A stretch of 44,789 nucleotides of DNA from a phage. The stretch lies in sequence record PZ379181.1; one strand, given 5' to 3'. Positions 44,760 through 44,789 of this stretch are shown here, in pieces (positions within the stretch are counted from its first letter, which is position 1; each line of letters begins with the position of its first letter). Both the position numbers and the translations under genes were made by a program. Below the pieces are notes generated by a model. It was given only the letters and a program-made list of their open reading frames with translations, was not told the origin of the DNA and searched no databases.

Positions 44760-44789
44760 CCATCGAAATTATCTCATAACTGAACGAAG

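Noticed and set aside
1-44789. Temperate lifestyle, invertible segment or hairpin telomere
   Set aside because: No integrase, CI-like repressor, serine invertase or protelomerase-like gene was seen; the inverted repeat therefore cannot be assigned to a shufflon or telomere-resolution system.

Overview
The window reads as a near-complete, compact (~44.8 kb) genome of a virulent T1-like (Drexlerviridae-type) siphovirus; this classification is inference from gene content and order, not a database search. Minus strand 30036->4736 carries an early array of small genes, a tRNA-Arg(CCU), then terminase, portal, head and lambda-like tail genes (G/GT chaperone with a -1 slippery site, tape measure, M, L, K, I, J). 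A convergent plus-strand island (2741-4706) encodes a DNA methyltransferase, a small lipoprotein and a putative receptor-binding protein. Minus 2196->44 is an exonuclease/Erf/SSB-like recombination module. Plus 30884-34561 and 41962-44679 and minus 41865->34573 carry replication genes (helicase, primase, P-loop protein), nucleotide-metabolism genes and a holin/endolysin/unimolecular-spanin lysis cassette. No integrase, repressor or CRISPR array was seen. Most notable findings: (1) a 15-bp palindrome TAGCA-N5-TGCTA inside a conserved promoter-like module, found 17 times upstream of transcription units on both strands; (2) an 83-bp inverted repeat linking the two window ends, which ends a 235-aa tail-fibre-like ORF and contains the 3' end of a 73-aa SSB-like ORF; (3) a dNMP-kinase-like gene whose P-loop is restored only by a -1 shift in a 4-nt homopolymer; (4) a TGCAA-type iteron cluster and a duplicated AT-rich block in the two divergent control regions; (5) three HNH endonuclease genes. 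All calls come from reading the sequence and ORF track; homology statements are from recalled motifs and should be confirmed by HMM/BLAST searches. Some start codons were moved from the ORF-track start (which can be GTG/TTG) to the first ATG with a ribosome-binding site.
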